Assembly (NCBI GenBank): GCA_002633005.1
Contig: NMRA01000380.1
Location: 208,645-272,644, forward strand
Reading direction: 5' to 3'
Source of the DNA: Phoronis australis
Taxonomy: Eukaryota; Animalia; Phoronida
Length of the DNA stretch: 64,000 bases
Position numbers and translations under genes: made by a program. Below, one piece after another: positions 51,215 through 64,000 of the stretch; positions within the stretch are counted from its first letter, which is position 1, and every line of letters starts with the position of its first letter. Under the pieces are notes generated by a model, which was not told the DNA's origin, searched no databases, and saw nothing but the letters and a program-made list of their open reading frames with translations.

Positions 51215-51780
51215 GGCTAGCAGCTTTCGGCGCAATAGTGGACTCATCAGTGGTTCGAATTAATCACTTCATTAATCTCGACCGTGCCCACACAAGTTTA
51301 GTGAGACATGACATCCGACGTAATGCCACTGCTGTGAAGCCTTGACTTGTGGTGAACATCTGAGTCACTTCCAACAACTGTTACACTGGTTCATTCGATG
51401 ACCTGCTGTTTCAATACTTGTCTTTCTATTTCCGACGCTGTAACTGCTGATTTTGTAACTGTTAGTAAACTATGTCACATTTTTCCCGTGTATGGGTGGG
51501 CGCAGGTTGTTACCAATCGGTGCTAATAGCTTTTGGTGCGACGACAGACTGAAGATTGGTTCGAGTTAATCACTTTATAAATATCGGCCGTAAGGCGTTC
51601 CCAAGCCTACTCAAACAAAATGTCCGATGTAACGACTGTTCTATACTCCAACCTGTGTCGCGAAGCTTCGACTACTGATGAACTTCTGACACACTTCCAC
51701 CAATTGATACACATGTTGATTCAGTACCCAACTGTGGGCTCTCTATGGAATAACGCTGTAACTGCTGATTCTCTTCACTG
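51215..51780 (-). repeat. Diverged ~305-bp tandem duplication downstream of the Penelope ORF
   Basis: ggttcga.ttaatcactt...cacttcca.caa.tg.tacac...gctgtaactgctgatt occurs at 51251-51452 and 51558-51770. Confidence 0.65.
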
Positions 51781-51924
51781 CAACTCAACTAAATCTTCAA
51801 CTGTAACTCTATTCAACTCGCTTGTAACTCTCTAGCAACTTGTTTGTAACTGGTCCAAAATAGTTCTACAGCTTGGTGACAAATTGTAGTAAAGGCTCTC
51901 AGAAACAAGGAAAAGTATTTCTAC

Positions 51925-53545
51925 CCATTTAATTTTCGTCCACCATGGGCGGGAGGACTTCCTCAGAAGAACACAGACTTCCTACACATGTGGCGCATGC
52001 ACAGACAGCACCCAACCGTAGACATAAGGTAATTCAATGCCAAGTTCCCTGTTTATAGTGGGGTTACCACGCTTGAGTTGGATAGCTTCCCTGCTTCTCC
52101 TGCGAATACCTCTATTGCCACTGCCAATAATATTCACAGACTTTCAGTCAATCTCATGGTCAAAACAGTGAGCATGCTCGGATTGAAGAGAGCCAGTTCA
52201 GCTTTTTGTGTTCGTCGATGCGAGTTCTCAGCTGTCGTCTATACTCACCAATGTAAGACGTGTCACAAGAAGTACAGTCAACCATACACACTACGCCAGC
52301 CATACTTACACTCCTGACATATGCAGTATCCTTGGGCGCGATCAAAAGACTGCGGAGAGTGTTTTAAGGCCGAAAGGCAATCTTGATATTGTGTTTCTTA
52401 TAATTTCTCTGAGACACCCTGACTCAAACACTATCTTTACTTTCCACCTGACTAAGGGATCTCCAGAATTGCGCCAAGTGGTGTTTTGTGGCCCAGTTGG
52501 GATATCCACACTTATATAGTCCTGTAACTTGTTTTCCACTATCCTATCCTCTTTCTTCGTGACAATACTCTCACGCCTGTGCCAAAGAGTGCGCAACACA
52601 CGCGATTTTGGTGGAAAGGGTGATGAGAGGGAAAGTGTAAATATTGATTGGCGTGAGTCGGTTTCAGGTAGACTTTCAAAACTAGAGAACCATCACAGTT
52701 TCTGATCATGGGAGAATCCAGAAAGGCAATCTGATTATCAGACTCAATCTTACTGGTGAACTTCGTCCAAAGTGTTAACGTAATCAATGAAATCTGAAAT
52801 GTATTCCCTCTTGCAGATGGCAAAAGTTTCATCCACGTATCTTCTTAAGCACAAGAGCCAATAACTCAACCATGTCACTTGTGACGAGCTGGGAGTTTTT
52901 TTTTTCAAATCTATGTCTCTTAACTTCTCTCGAATTACAACAAGAGCTTTTTCCACATATACAATAGTGAATAAAGCAGAAACGTCAACCGACATTAAAA
53001 TCTCATCCTTATCTGTCGTAACGTAACGAGACCCCGAGAGTTGATACACGATGGTCAGACAATCCAACTAGTGGTTTTAGAAAGACGGCCAACTAGTGGT
53101 TTGAGAATGAGGGCTTAAAACTTAACCGTCTCATAAGTGATAGAGCTGCAGCTAGAAACATTAGATCTTAGAGGATATACTTCTTTGTGTATCTTCGGCA
53201 AACCATATAATTTGAGAGAATTCTCACCAGTGGGGTACAGTCTTTGATGTTCAGATTTCGACAACTTACCCTCCTTGTAAAGCCCAGATAGGATCTCTTT
53301 GAATTTTCTTTTATACGTGGAAGTGGGATCTGTTTCAGTTTCTCATATGTAGAGATATCATTGAGAAGATTGAGAACTTTGTCCTTGGACTCCTGAGAGT
53401 TAAGGACCACATTCGACCTACCCTTGTCAGCTGGTAGAATAGTAATACACTTGTCAGACTTCAGATCTTTAATGTCACTTCTTTCATCACGACTGGTGTT
53501 ATCACGAGGAGGTCTGGAACAATTACCCACGACATCCGTGTGTAA
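51925..53545 (-). mobile_element. Decayed Penelope-like retroelement (RT plus GIY-YIG)
   Basis: ITILPADKG..VVL, SVDVSALFT, RYVDETF, IAFLD...VYLKPTHANQYLHFPSHHP and GVV..VDC..C...YIGE..RQLRTRIDEH; many frameshifts. Confidence 0.9.
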
Positions 53546-53579
53546 CTTAATTATTTGTAACTCAATTCAAGTAACGCGT

Positions 53580-54153
53580 GCCTGAGTATTTATAGTCTCT
53601 TACAATGTTATGGAACTTTTCACCCATTCAATCACATTCTAGAACTTTCTGGAATCTACCCAATCATTCTAAAACATATACTAGGCTCTAGAATGTTCCA
53701 GACTACGTTACGTACTAGAATCTTCTGAAATGTTCCATGTTATTCTATAGTAAGCAAATTACATCATCATTGACTTGACCTCACGGGTCATGTCAATCAA
53801 GTGCTATATGTCAGTACTCAAACTAAAATAAAATTTATTAAACTAAGATCAGTGTCAGTCTACTCCTGATACTGTAACTTTATCTTTAACTTTAAGTCTT
53901 CCTAACCCGTGTCTGTGTATTTATAGCCTCTTACAATCTTCTGAAACTTTTTACTATTTCAAGTACATTCTAGAACTTTCCAGAATTTACCCAGTCATAG
54001 TAAAACACATATACTGTGCTCTAGACTGTTCCAAACTATAGACCTGTTTTAATGACCAATATACTGGAATCTACTGGAATGTTCTCAAGTATTCTATTGT
54101 AGCCAAACTACATCACCATTGAGCTGATCTCATTTGCCATGTCAAGGGCTATC
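53580..54153 (-). promoter_or_regulatory. Tandem LTR-like units, each with heat-shock elements and a TATA box
   Basis: Two ~335-bp diverged copies. Four-unit HSE (TTCnnGAAnnTTCnnGAA) at 53637-53654 and 53968-53985; minus-strand CTATAAATAC at 53586-53595 and 53917-53926. Confidence 0.55.
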
Positions 54154-57100
54154 ATCTAGTACACAAATAAAACAGTCAAATCAACCCTATGGAGCTTCAA
54201 CAAGTGTCATTCTACTCTTGACATTCGTGATGAACAAGCATACTCTAAAAAAACCAATTTGTCTTGTTCTCCAAAGTCGCAAACACGTAAACCCGACGAA
54301 CGAAGCTAGACAAGATAAATTGGCCGACACCAAACCTGATGGCAAATCAAGCAAAGGAAACGAAACGTTTACTCACAAAGCAGCATTTAAAGTGAAGCAA
54401 GACTTACACAGCCAGTGACAACCAGATAAGGGAGAGTGATTAAACCACCTTCGGTCAAAGTAACGCAAACCACTGATTGTTTTGGTCATTAAAACTGTTT
54501 TCTACAAAAATCCATAGTAGTTTGTGTTTTTTTGATTTAAGAACACTGACACTGTAGGGAGTTAAGCAAAGTGTTTACACATGTCTGTCATTAATGTTGA
54601 AATATGTGTTTCTTGGATACTAAAGATATCCCTCATGAACCGGACGCTACTGACCTCATGCATTGTAGTGGGGGTGAAGAACATAAGAAGTACTAGATGA
54701 TGAGCAAGATTTTTTTCGAAGAAGGGAGGATGTTGCATTCGTGGTTTTCACTAATGAGAACTGACATGCAAAACAAGACCATGTAGTAATAAGAGTCATA
54801 GATTGTGCAGTTTGTGGAAAACAATTCTCAGAAATCTAATAGTGGCTCATTAGCAGATGATCTTGTATTGTAACAAACAAGTTAATTGAGTATTAAACAC
54901 CATTGTGAACAGACGTACTCTATAGTTCTCTAGGATATACCCACGACAAATCCTTAACACGGGGTTGTGTTGTAAACAGGTTTTATAGTCATGCAACCAC
55001 AACAAACGACTTTTAGGAGCAGGTTGCTAGTTGTTTATCATTTGCAGTTGAACTGACATGCCAGCCCTCGACTCCTTAGAAGACATTTTAAACACCTATC
55101 CATTCCTGTTTCATCTGCAGATAAGGTGTCTAATCTATATAGACACCGAACGGTTAAAAAGTAGACAAAATCTAACAAGTTAGGTCTGTAAATAGGCAGG
55201 TTATTTGACGATCGAATGGACAAGTTAATTTTGAAAAACAGACCGGTTATTTGACAAACGAAGTTATTTGTGCCAAATAGACAGATTACTGGTCGAACGC
55301 AAATGACAATTTTCAAAACAGACAGGAGAGTTGTCCATTGAACATATTGATATTGTCAAACACACGCAGAAGTAGGTCGAATAGACAAGACGTGACGGAG
55401 TGATCGAGTGGCATGAGCCCCAAATTGAGCACAATAATTCACCAAAGTTCTTTGTGATGTTCTCCAGAGTGTAGAGAATTTCCTGCCTAGCAATTTGCTC
55501 GATTTATTGTTGACCATTCTTAAAAAAGAACTACTGTAATTTCGGTGCGTTTGCTTCTTAAAATTTTGGTTTACAAATTGTGAATTCTAGAGCTAATTAC
55601 TAACATATAGGCAAACACGCCTTCAAAGCTTGTCTTGTTCTGGCCGCCAAATAATTGTCATTCCATAAATTGTTAACATTACACCAGATTGCAAGTTTGA
55701 GTCTCTGTGACGTCATTTGTGCTCAAGTGGCGACCTCTAGTCATTTGACGTGCATGTCTTGTTCACTCGATAGTTAACTTAATCGTAAGAGACCTCCAAG
55801 TTACATGTGTGTTAAGTACCCAACTTGCTAGCTTACTTGTTTGATCCACAGTCTCCAATAGGAATCGTATGTTTTCGTGTCTGTTTGGAAAATCACTACA
55901 TGTTTGGCATGTTTATTTGACGCATCACTTTTCTCTTAAGCAAACAAAGTGTATATTTTTCAGAACAGTTGTCTGTTTGGGACTGCTTCGAGAATTTTCC
56001 TTGCCCCGTGTCATCTTTATTGGCTCCTTGAATCATAAAAACCATTGTCTTGCTTTGGAACTGATGGTTAGACTTGATCGATGAGATTGATAGTTTCTTG
56101 TCCAAATCGTGAACACTACACCTAAAAATTGCTTTGCAAGAACAGATTGGAGTAGCATTTGATGGGTAAAATGACCAAACAATCATGGGCTGTTGTCCTC
56201 TGTAGAAAAAACATGTTCGACTAATTGGATTTTCTTAAACTTTATAAATGGTATAGAACAGCTATGACTAGTGCAGTTTGTTTCGGGCTAGGCCGGTTTG
56301 GGCACAAATCAATGAGGCTAGTTCATGTACCTGGGCCGAGTTCTGTGGACGCAAGAATATCTCGAGGGAAGCTAGTGTGACTGCGTGCTTCGCTTGTAAT
56401 ACATAGCGATATCTCGTGAAGTCTTCCGCGACCGTGCGTTTTCGTGACGTTCTCGCGTCTACTGAATGCACGTCTGGAAGCTATGCTGCGCCAGCTACAA
56501 ATGGAGCTCCCGACTGACTTGCCCAATTCAAAATAAATGTAACTTAATGAATATCTGATACTATATGACTAACTCAGACGCGTATTGGTAAAAAAGAGTA
56601 GAAGTGGTTTGATGTCTTTTGCTGTGCACATAGCACGAAACACATTGCGAAATGTATGTCTCAATAAGATTAGACTTTTATACGGTAGCATTCATTCGAT
56701 TCAAGCTGACCCATTTATCTTTCGAGGGATATCTATACCTCCATTAATTCTCCTGTTGATGCGCTTCAAATTCTCAGTAAACTTAAGGGTGGACACGTGA
56801 CGGGATTTATTTCGCAAAATATACCCAATCTATTCCCACATGTTCCGAATTAATGCTTTCGTGAAATTTACCAGTGGGAATTGTTTTTAACTGGTCTTAT
56901 TTATTGGATTCATCTTTTAATCTCTTCTCGTTATGATAAATGTCATGCCTCACCTGTTTGTTCCTCTTCAAACAATCTCGCAAATCTTCATCGGCAAAAA
57001 ATATTGACCACTACAAAACGCACGCGCTCAGGAACAACGTTTACAGTGAACCAACAAGATGATGAAATAAAAGCCTGCAACTGCTTACGCAGACGATAGG

Positions 57101-59231
57101 TAAATTGGCGCACGATATCGATTAACATGTGTTAACTATAATTACAGATGAAAACTAAAAATGAAAGATAAGTGATGTGGTTTTTGTGTGCTTGATACGT
57201 GATGTACGAATGATCTTGGAAACACCGTAAAGTGCCATTTTTTGTCTTTATTCTTAACTATTCCTTATTTGGTCATAATTGACATATTAACCGTCTGAGA
57301 ACAAAAACAGGTTGTTTCTTCCGTTATGTCCACGTGTTGACAATAGTCGGCATGCATATGTAACCAACTTGTACAAAATTTATGTTTCCCAGTGGGCGAC
57401 GGAAAGGTATCAGAAATTAGGCAAATTGTTTTGTTTTTGTGCTGGAGCCTGTTTCTCAGATAGTTTATAGCCAAACCAGATTTGATTTTTGTCTTTTGGC
57501 TTTGTCGTTTAGTCTGCTCCCAAGCAGGCTAGGATTCCTGCCGTTTGGCTTCGAGTTGTATGTAGTCAGATTTTGTGAAGCATGCTACGCCATCCGGAGA
57601 CTGAGTAACCAAAAGGCAAGAGACTGTTCGAGAAACATACTGAGAAGATGTTTTAGTTGGGTTCTAAACGAGTATTGACAGTATCAGAAGAAACATCCGT
57701 GCAAGCAACTGCAATTGCAACTGCATTTTGTTTAATTTTCGAACTCAAAATTCAAACTCCAAATAATTTTTATTCTGTCCTAGTTAATGTCGAACGCTAA
57801 TTCCTTATCTCTGTGACTGCTTTGTCAACTTAGTTAGAAACACAACAGTTCCTGCTGTACGTTAGCATAGTTAGGAGCATGCAAATATATCTGTAAGCGG
57901 TTATAAAGCGAGTGGTCGTCGCAGAACTAACTGTAAATTTAGACTATCTACCGCTACAAAATTGGTCTCGACTTGTTTTTAACTCAAATGCGAAATGACT
58001 TGTTAGATTTAAAAAGGTGATAGTTCGCTTTTGCTGATGACGATGCTCGGGACATAAAATGACCCGCCCAAAACAGCTTGCTTCTACCGCTGGGTCTCAA
58101 ACAATAACGAGCTGTGTTCTATCCAAGTCGAGAAGTCGCTTCTAATTCCACTAAGGAACAATATGAGATCAACAGTAAGTGTACGTGGTCTAAAACTAAA
58201 GTTGCATTTTGTGATGAAACGCCGTTTTAGGTACGTAAAACAACATTCGCGTATATATAGGTTTGTTTAGTTACAAAATAATGGGATGTTTAAGGCCTTC
58301 ATCGCGCGGGTTTTTGTTATTCTGGATGCATTTGGCTCTGCAGATACAATGTAGTCCTTGCAATGCTTTAGCAATTTACTACTTGCACGAAGTCGCCATT
58401 ATGCTTGGAAACGAAGTGTTGTATCCAAAGTACAATGATTCTGCGTGTTTGGCACACTGGCGTTTTTGCGTTTGCGTTGTTAAATTGTGTCCTAAGCAAC
58501 ATTGCACAACAATCATTTTTGCAGCGCCACCAAAATGTGCAAGTAGTCAATACGAGAAAAGACGATTCAAACGATCGAACTCAGGTGCGTCAATTGATGC
58601 GTAAAGTGGTCTTTTCGTGCCATATTGCGTTACCGCGAGTAAACAGCAAACAAATAACTGCTGATAGAAGTAGTTTTAACATTCTCAAACACCGTTGAAG
58701 CAGTCATCAGAAACTTGGATACCATGTTTCGGCAAGTTTTCGCGCTAAAGGACCCCTAACCGCTTCGTCCCTGTTTAGTGGGAGGCATGGTCACCCAACT
58801 TCATGGGTGGGGGGCGCTTGCCCCTCCTGCCCCACCCATGCGGTCCCATGAGCGTTCATTACATATGGCACTTCATGACTACAGTGTGGTCGAAACTACG
58901 TTTTTACATATTGTAGGAACAAAACTTACGTGCGTTTAATTTCAAGGTTACTAAAATGCGACACTGTCAACACATTAGAATTTTCGTATATGCCACGAAT
59001 TGCTGAGTCTGATGTCGAGGAATAACGATGACGAACTACCAGTCCTTCCCAAGCTCACAAATCACTTCTATTTTAAGTACGAGACACATTCAGACCTGGT
59101 TTGTGATGTTATGGGGTATTATCACAACTTTTTATAGAAGGTGGGTTTACTGCGGCTGTAACTGCATAAAGCAATAGAGTCAACGCTCAAAGGCAGTGGT
59201 AGACTATTTATTTCCTAAAAACTCCTTTTCG

Positions 59232-60037
59232 TCAATTCAGAACTGGTAAAACACTAGCACTCTTTGACAATCTTCTCTTAAGAATTTTGTTACTGTCACA
59301 TCTTGACTTTTCGACGTCAGCTGGGTCAACAATGACAAGACTTTGGTAGTTTTCAAAATGGTCTTCCTCCAAGCTCATCAACCAGTTGAAGATCATGAGA
59401 TTACGATGGTAGGTATCCAGGTGGAATTCTTGCTCGAGCGCCTCCACGTCCTTCACACTCAGTTCGTGATATTTCGGCCGGCCCATTCGAACACCAATGT
59501 CTTCCTTGATGACGTAATTGAGCTGTGGTGCAATTTTCACTCGTTGGGGGTAATATGGTATACGTGAAAAATCTTGGGGGATATATTTAAAGTTATCTTG
59601 TTCTGAGCAAAAGTTCACCCCGGCCGTTTGAGGATCGCCATATCCCGTAAGTCGGTCGAGAGCTTCCAGCGTCTGCTTGATTTTTGATTTCGCGCGCTGT
59701 GACGCACGCTTGTCCAAGTCTATGCCCATAATTCCATGAACAAGTTTTGTGAGTTTACCGGGAACTTTCTGCTTATTTTCACGAGTAGTGTTCGACGCCA
59801 CAGCTTGCTGTCCAACCACTTTGGCGTTAAATTTTAAACGAGCGGCAAGCCGAGATTTTTGTGTTTTTGCACCAGCAATTTTTGTGATGGAAAGTTTTTT
59901 GGATACCGGTATAACATCCAGGTCTGACGGAATGGATCGGCAGCGTTTTAATAGACGTTTGGTACTCTGATGTGGTAAACGTTTAGAGCCCAAGCTCAAA
60001 GTTGTCGTACTCAGACTTTTTCCTTTGTCGATGATCA
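59232..60037 (-). CDS. Terminal coding exon of an uncharacterised basic protein
   Basis: An 806-bp stop-free frame preceded by a tttcAG acceptor (phase 1), with AATAAA just after the stop. Ordered C-terminal motif GVRMGRPKYHEL...HRNLMIFNWLMSLEE. Confidence 0.75.
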
Positions 60038-60289
60038 CTGAAATATATCAAAATATTTATGTTTAGAATTACAGTAACAACGACGACGATAACAACAACA
60101 TCATAACAATAACAAGAACAGCTAGAACGCAATTGCGTATGCGCCTTCACAACTCTGAGCGTGGTGTATGCATGTGCATAGTGAAGTATAGGCGCATTAC
60201 ATTGCATAGAAGTTGCATCCTTTGTGTGAAAGAGAGCGATGTCCCTGGAAACTATGAAAGAGCAAGAGTGAAAAGTAAGAGTATCAATG

Positions 60290-61035
60290 GAAAACTGCAC
60301 CTAATGACCCCACAGTTGCACCTAATGACCCCAAAATTTGTGACTGAATTTGCTTTAAGAATGAAAACTATATACGGGTATATGTGCTCAAAAATCACTT
60401 TTGCACTTAATGACCTTTGACCCACAAACTCGGTTCCCTTTATCCGATTAAAATTCCAAGTAAATTTCGGATGCACTTCTCTAGTGACTGCTTGTTCACA
60501 AAATTCGGAGAGTCTATCTAAGAACCTGTCGAAGAAGAAGCAATTTGACAGAATCCACTCCTTGACCCGTTTCGGGTCAATCCGGTGCATATTGAGTCAA
60601 ATCCATGTGATCAATAGAATTTGATCGGCAATTGGTTGAAACACCATGAATTTGAACGCCCTCCCTAATGCATCATTTAAGTACAAGCTGATTGGAAAAG
60701 TCTTAAATTTAACAGAAAACTGTACTTAATGAACCCAAAGTTGCACCTAGTGACCCCAAAATTTGTGACTGAATTTCCTATATGGATGGTAATTATATGC
60801 ATGATTATGAAAGGTCTAGCTCAAAAATCACTTTTGCACTTAATGACCTTTGACCCGGAAGCTCGGTTCCCGCGATGGGAATGGAATTCCAAGTAATCGT
60901 CGGATGCAGATCTCTAGTGCATACTTGTTAACAAAATTCGAAGAGTCTATCTAAAACTCTGTAGAAAGAGGAGCACTTTGACTGAATGCAGTCCTTGACC
61001 CATTTCGGGTCATTCCGGTGCATTTTGGGTCAAAA
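60290..61035. repeat. Two diverged ~300-bp tandem copies of a tgacctttgacc-type repeat (intronic)
   Basis: gcaccta.tgaccccaaaatttgtgactgaattt...tcaaaaatcacttttgcacttaatgacctttgaccc...tttcgggtca.tccggtgcat at ~60318-60601 and ~60743-61034. Confidence 0.85.
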
Positions 61036-61205
61036 CTATATCATCAATAGAAATCCTTTGATTATCGTATCAACCTCAGTGAATATGATTGTTGTTAATG
61101 AATCGATGTAAGAGTAATAACAATCTGAAAAGGAAGGAAGAATAAGAAAAAGAATAAGAATATAAAATACGTAGAACAGTAAACTCTGCGCTTGCACGCG
61201 CAGAG

Positions 61206-61488
61206 TAATAATGATAATAATAATAATAATAATAATGATAATAATAGTAATGATAATAACAGTCATAATTATAATGATAGTAATGATAACAAGATAATAA
61301 TAATAACACAACACCAATAGTGATAATAACAACAAAAACAACAACAATAATAATAATAATAATAATAGTAACAACAACATTCATAGTCATAATGGTAGTA
61401 ATGATAACAAGATAATAATAACAATACTAATAATAACAACAATACTAATTATAGCAATAATAATAATTAGAAGAAGAACTATAATAAA
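61206..61488. repeat. Degenerate (AAT/AAC/GAT)n microsatellite
   Basis: Long trinucleotide low-complexity tract. Confidence 0.95.
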
Positions 61489-61880
61489 AAACGATGTCGG
61501 CAATGCGTTTTAGGGGTTATTCGACCATTTGAAAATTCTAGATAAGCCAGTGTAATCCATTAAAATGTCTTCTGGATATCTTTTTCCAATTCAGTTACAA
61601 TGACACTTAAATTAGATTATAAGCGACTGATCAATCCGTTTCCAAAAACTGTAAATCGATAGCAATATTAAAAAATGACACCGAGACATAATTGTAAACT
61701 TAATAAAAACTCGTTCCCAGTTACTACGAAAATTAATCTTTAATTCAAAGAAAAAAATTTCAGAACTTTTAGAAATAGCCAAAATGACATTTTAAAAGTT
61801 CCATTCCACATTTTGACACAACCGAGTATTCTCCAGGGATTCTACAAACGAACATTGCTATCTTATGTGTTTTAAAGACT

Positions 61881-62400
61881 TATTACTTGGCGGAATTCTT
61901 CGAATTCCGACAAGTATGTTGCTCTGTCGTCAAGTTTTTTTTTTTTGTTCGCACTCTACAGGTCGCAATTTTCGTCCGATTTTCACGAAATTTGCACACA
62001 ACGTGTAGATCGAAAAGTCCTGGAAGCCTATTGTTTTTAATCATGATCGGATACAAAATGACGGACGTGGCGGCCATTTTGTATCCGATTTCACAGTCAA
62101 ATGCTTGTAGAGGCCGCATTTTTCAACCTACATGATTGAAAATCGGAACGAATATACTAGAACGCATGTGCTACAATTGTGCAGAAAATCGCTGACTTCT
62201 GGTTAAAGATGGCGGAAATATTGGACGTGGCGCATGTGCACCCCGAAATATGGCTAAAAACGTTTTCTCCTGTAGAGGGCGCAATTGCAAACCAATCACT
62301 TTCAAACTGGTCAGGTGTTTGTTGAGATTAATAAGCTTTTATAAAAAATTATTGGACCGGAAGTTACTTCCAAGATGGCGGCTGTGGAGCATGTTCACAC
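61881..62400. mobile_element. Possible Helentron-associated (DINE-1/HINE-like) repeat
   Basis: Opens with the hairpin acttggcggaattcttcgaattccgacaagt, followed by repeated ggcggccatttt/aagatggcgg and gtagagg.cgca.tt motifs. Boundaries are uncertain. Confidence 0.35.
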
Positions 62401-63323
62401 GGTTTCAATCGCTGTGTTGTCGCATTTTTTATGGGAAGAGCAAATGACGTGAATTTTTGCATGTGGATTTCTTGAGGTATGGCCTTTCAAAAAGTCTGCG
62501 AGAGCGTATTTCTCAGACTTACCGTTTTCGAGTTATTTGACTTTGAATTTCAAAAAAAACGGGCAAATTTTCAATTTTCTCGAAAATTTTTTGGATTTTT
62601 GCCAAACTACCACTTTAGATAGAAATTTAAACGGGCTTTCATTTACTAGCATTTCTTGTGCGAAAACTAACATTTTTCTTTTTCAAACATATGCTGCAAT
62701 AAATCATGAATATCCAATCAATAGACGAAAACTAGAAGTGCAGCTTTTAGTTTTATTTTTCGTTCCGTTTCATAATTATTGTCAGTTAGGCAGTTCTTTG
62801 GGAAAGGCGTATATGTGCAGCACTGAAGCTATTTGTATGTGGAGACACCTTTAGGACAATCATCGTGTAATGTGGACTCTGGAGTTTTTGAGAACAACCC
62901 CATTCATTTAAAATCTCACATATATTTTGAAATACATGTACATCTTGTTTTGCCGACAGGTCTGTAGATTTTAGTGGCTCAAATTTCACAAAAAATAGCC
63001 AGACTGCATGATATGAACGCAAATATCAAAGAGGCTGATTATGTCATTGTTTACAGGTATGTTGATCATTTTTCACAAGCTCTACCTGAATTATTCCCGT
63101 GTTTTCCTTTAGAACCACTAAAAGTATCTTAACGGCAAACGTTGAATTTGCTGGGCATTTATATCTAATGTCCTTTTACAGATTCGATGCTGTAATATCG
63201 ATTTGTGAAATTGAAATGATTTGTTGTTTTTGTTGTTTTTAATCGTTCCAGAGTTGTTATGTTTCTGGCACTAAAACATTGACATTAAAATATTTTGTCC
63301 TTGCAGATTCTAGTACACCTTAC

Positions 63324-63665
63324 CATTGTGCTTGCCACAGTTGATAATAAGCCTGCGAAGTTCTCGCGTTTTCTCGTCTTCCTCCCAAGTGTTAACACCG
63401 TAGTGTGCTATTGCAGTTCCTGTAGCACTGGACGCAATTAATTTTCCTAGAGTTGAAAAGGAGTCAATTTTTGGTTTTGTGTTCGATGGTGGACGTTTAT
63501 CTTGTTCAACGGGGGCGGACTGGGCGCGTGCACCTTTCTTTTTGCGCTTTTTAGAGGTCTTTTTGTCTATGGATTCAAGATCTTCGAAGGAAGTGGATAA
63601 AAGCGATAAGTCGGTAAGACACAAAGATTCTTCACTGGACGATCTGTCAATTCTTGATCTGTTAC
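63324..63665 (-). CDS. Internal coding exon (Ser/Lys-rich) of the gene ending at 59232
   Basis: Acceptor ccccttctttcAG and donor G|GTAAGG bound a 342-bp symmetric phase-1 exon. Joining it to 60037 restores GTG in frame. Contains the basic tract KKTSKKRKKK. Confidence 0.7.
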
Positions 63666-64000
63666 CTGAAAGAAGGGGAGACAATTAAATCTCTGCCAGG
63701 ATAGTTCCTTTTCCCACACTATTGTCCCGACACAAGTGTTTTCGATCAAAATTTAAATATGCGTTTATATGTAAATGTATATTCCAATCTTGTCCTCTGG
63801 CTGATGAAGTGAAGGAGTAAGAGAGGGAGAGAAAAGGGAGGGGGAGGGGCGGGGAGNNNNNNNNNNNGAGCAGGGTAGAGAGGGAGAGGGGATGGAATGA
63901 GGGGGGAGTGGGAAAGAGGGGGGGAAGAGAGAGAAGGAGTACATATATTTAGCCAATCTGCAAATAACCACAATATGGCAAACAATATATTGGATAGCGG

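Noticed and set aside
61036-61390. Hydrophobic poly-Leu/Ile membrane-protein ORFs
   Set aside because: Translation artefacts of the (AAT)n microsatellite.
63800-63940. G-quadruplex or Pro-rich ORF
   Set aside because: Purine-rich low-complexity tract interrupted by an N gap, so the sequence is unreliable.

Overview
Repeat-rich eukaryotic DNA, most consistent with a marine invertebrate (inferred from the transposon families and spliceosomal introns). Only two host genes look intact: an intronless class A GPCR (7426-8439, minus) and the last two visible exons of an uncharacterised Lys/Ser-rich gene (63324-63665 spliced to 59232-60037, minus). The rest is layered mobile DNA. It includes CR1/L2-like and RTE LINE fragments, a decayed Gypsy pol, and a decayed Penelope element with hammerhead-like motifs. 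It also includes TTAA-flanked Kolobok derivatives (THAP plus a P2X7-tail-like KolX), Academ-type elements (XPG/FEN1-like remnants, TAG...CTA termini) and several MITE families. Three signals are not obvious from the ORF track: two decayed, divergently oriented cGAS-like/Mab-21 (cGLR) pseudogenes flanking an Academ element; a LINE fragment bracketed by a 326-bp direct repeat; and a duplicated heat-shock-element/TATA cassette pointing into the Penelope ORF. All family calls come from motifs read by eye, with no database searches.
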